Shown here in pieces: positions 34,517 to 35,796 of a stretch of 35,796 nt of DNA; position 1 is the stretch's first letter, and every line of letters starts with the position of its first letter. Under the pieces are notes generated by a model, which saw nothing but the letters and a program-made list of their open reading frames with translations, was not told where the DNA came from and did not search any database. A program made the translations under genes and the position numbers. The stretch is from Gonapodya sp. JEL0774. Taxonomy: Eukaryota. The stretch covers positions 62,001-97,796 of the forward strand of contig JADIIX010000084.1 of NCBI GenBank assembly GCA_027604505.1, read 5' to 3'.

Positions 34517-35768
34517 CTATTTCCCAGCAACATGTGGGACCTCCTCGTGCAACTCATTCCTCCAGGCCGCGATCCGATGCCGCCACCAAGCACCAGCACC
34601 ATCCTTCCCCACAAGCATCCAAACGAGCACCGCCAGGCCTATTGCCCCGAGGCCAACGCCCCAACATCCACGCCAGCCCCATTTCGCAAACACCGTCGCA
34701 GACGCCGCACTTCCCGCCGACGAAGCTGCAAAGGCCGTAAGCATGTACACACTATTGATGCGCGTACGGGCGGTAGGGTTCAATGCGAAGATGCGCTTCT
34801 GATTCGGCACCTGTTGGCATTGCAGGGCCATTTCGAGTACGAATCCGGAAACGAAAATAGCGGGCAGATAGGCACTGCCAAGAGTGGCGGCAATAAGCCA
34901 CGAGAGAGCGATCTCCATGAGAATGAACAATAAGTTGCGGTTTCGGAAGGGTGAGGGGAAGGGGCGGGGGATTTGGGGGGTGGAATAAGGAAGAAGAGGG
35001 GAGAGGTCCCTCACACGCCAAGTGAGGGCGGAGGGAAGAAGAAGTGGGGAGAGGTCACTCAACACGGCATGCTCGCCGACCAAACCACCAGGGTGTGTAA
35101 ACTCACGAGTAACTGTCCGACGAGAATTGTCGGGAACGCCCCCAGTCTGTCCGTCAATTGACCAACGAGCAGAGCGAATGGTATCGCGGCGGCACCGGCG
35201 AGGCCCACCTTGGAAAAACCGACGGAACGAATTTTAGCCACGACTTCCATAAAATCTCCCTCCATCCTCCCTCCAGTCTAAGCCACTTACGAGCCCTATG
35301 ACACTCGCAGGATAGTTAAATCGGTCGCTGGAAAGGTGGTATGTGATGCCCGTCCAGAACACGAAAAAGGAAAAAAAGCACAGCCCGGCCATGACAGAGG
35401 CCTGACGGAGTGCTGGATGGTTGATATACACGCACAAAATACACGAGCGGGACGCAGGTGAAGAGCGGTGGAGGGGAGTTTAACAAAGTGAGGTCGAATC
35501 GGGACGACAAAACAACGGAGAAACACTCACTGGGGTACTTCACGACCATTTGCACACAGCTCCACAGCAGCCCTAGATACCCCAATTCGCCATCTTCGAT
35601 CTTCCTCGGCAGGTACGGCAGTCCGTACCAAAATAGGACGACCAAAGCAAGCTGAACTCCCGTGGCGACGTAGTAGACGAACGGCCATCCTAGGGCGGTT
35701 CCCAACATACCAGAAAACGTCCGTGAGAGGAGCATGCCGGACATCATGCCCGCAACTATGAAGGACAT
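34517..35768 (-). CDS. Major facilitator superfamily transporter (YgaY-like group), multi-exon, 5' part outside the window
   Basis: Hydrophobic TM segments with GMLLSRTFSG..GW, LRQAS..FFVFWTGITYHLS, VGQLTDRLG (motif A-like), NQKRIFALNPTARTRINSVYM and WGWRG. Confidence 0.9.
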
Positions 35769-35796
35769 GCTGTGGTAGGAGGGAAGGGGGGGACAG

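Overview
Gene-dense, intron-rich eukaryotic DNA (about 55-60% GC, mostly GT-AG introns of roughly 55-400 nt, one 35-N gap). It is most consistent with a flagellated, zoosporic early-diverging fungus (chytrid-like); this is inferred from gene content and intron style. Manual splicing gives 14 protein-coding genes and one pseudogene. In order: an ankyrin/coiled-coil protein; a head-to-head cilium/centrosome pair (CFAP99 and PPP1R42/LRRC67-like, 136 bp apart); TOE1; a GATA zinc-finger factor; a frameshifted NAA20/NAT3 pseudogene abutting an intronless RBBP9 hydrolase; a large disordered protein; a HAUS8/QWRF augmin subunit; a Tudor-like/Pro-rich protein; a Josephin deubiquitinase; two tandem paralogous secreted, probably GPI-anchored CBM-like proteins; a small C4 zinc-finger protein; and a 5'-truncated MFS transporter. 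The most unusual non-coding signal is a structured, hairpin-rich, GAGC-rich element in CFAP99 intron 1. A degenerate relative lies in TOE1 intron 2 in the same orientation, suggesting an undescribed intronic repeat or ncRNA family. All family assignments come from remembered motifs, not database searches.
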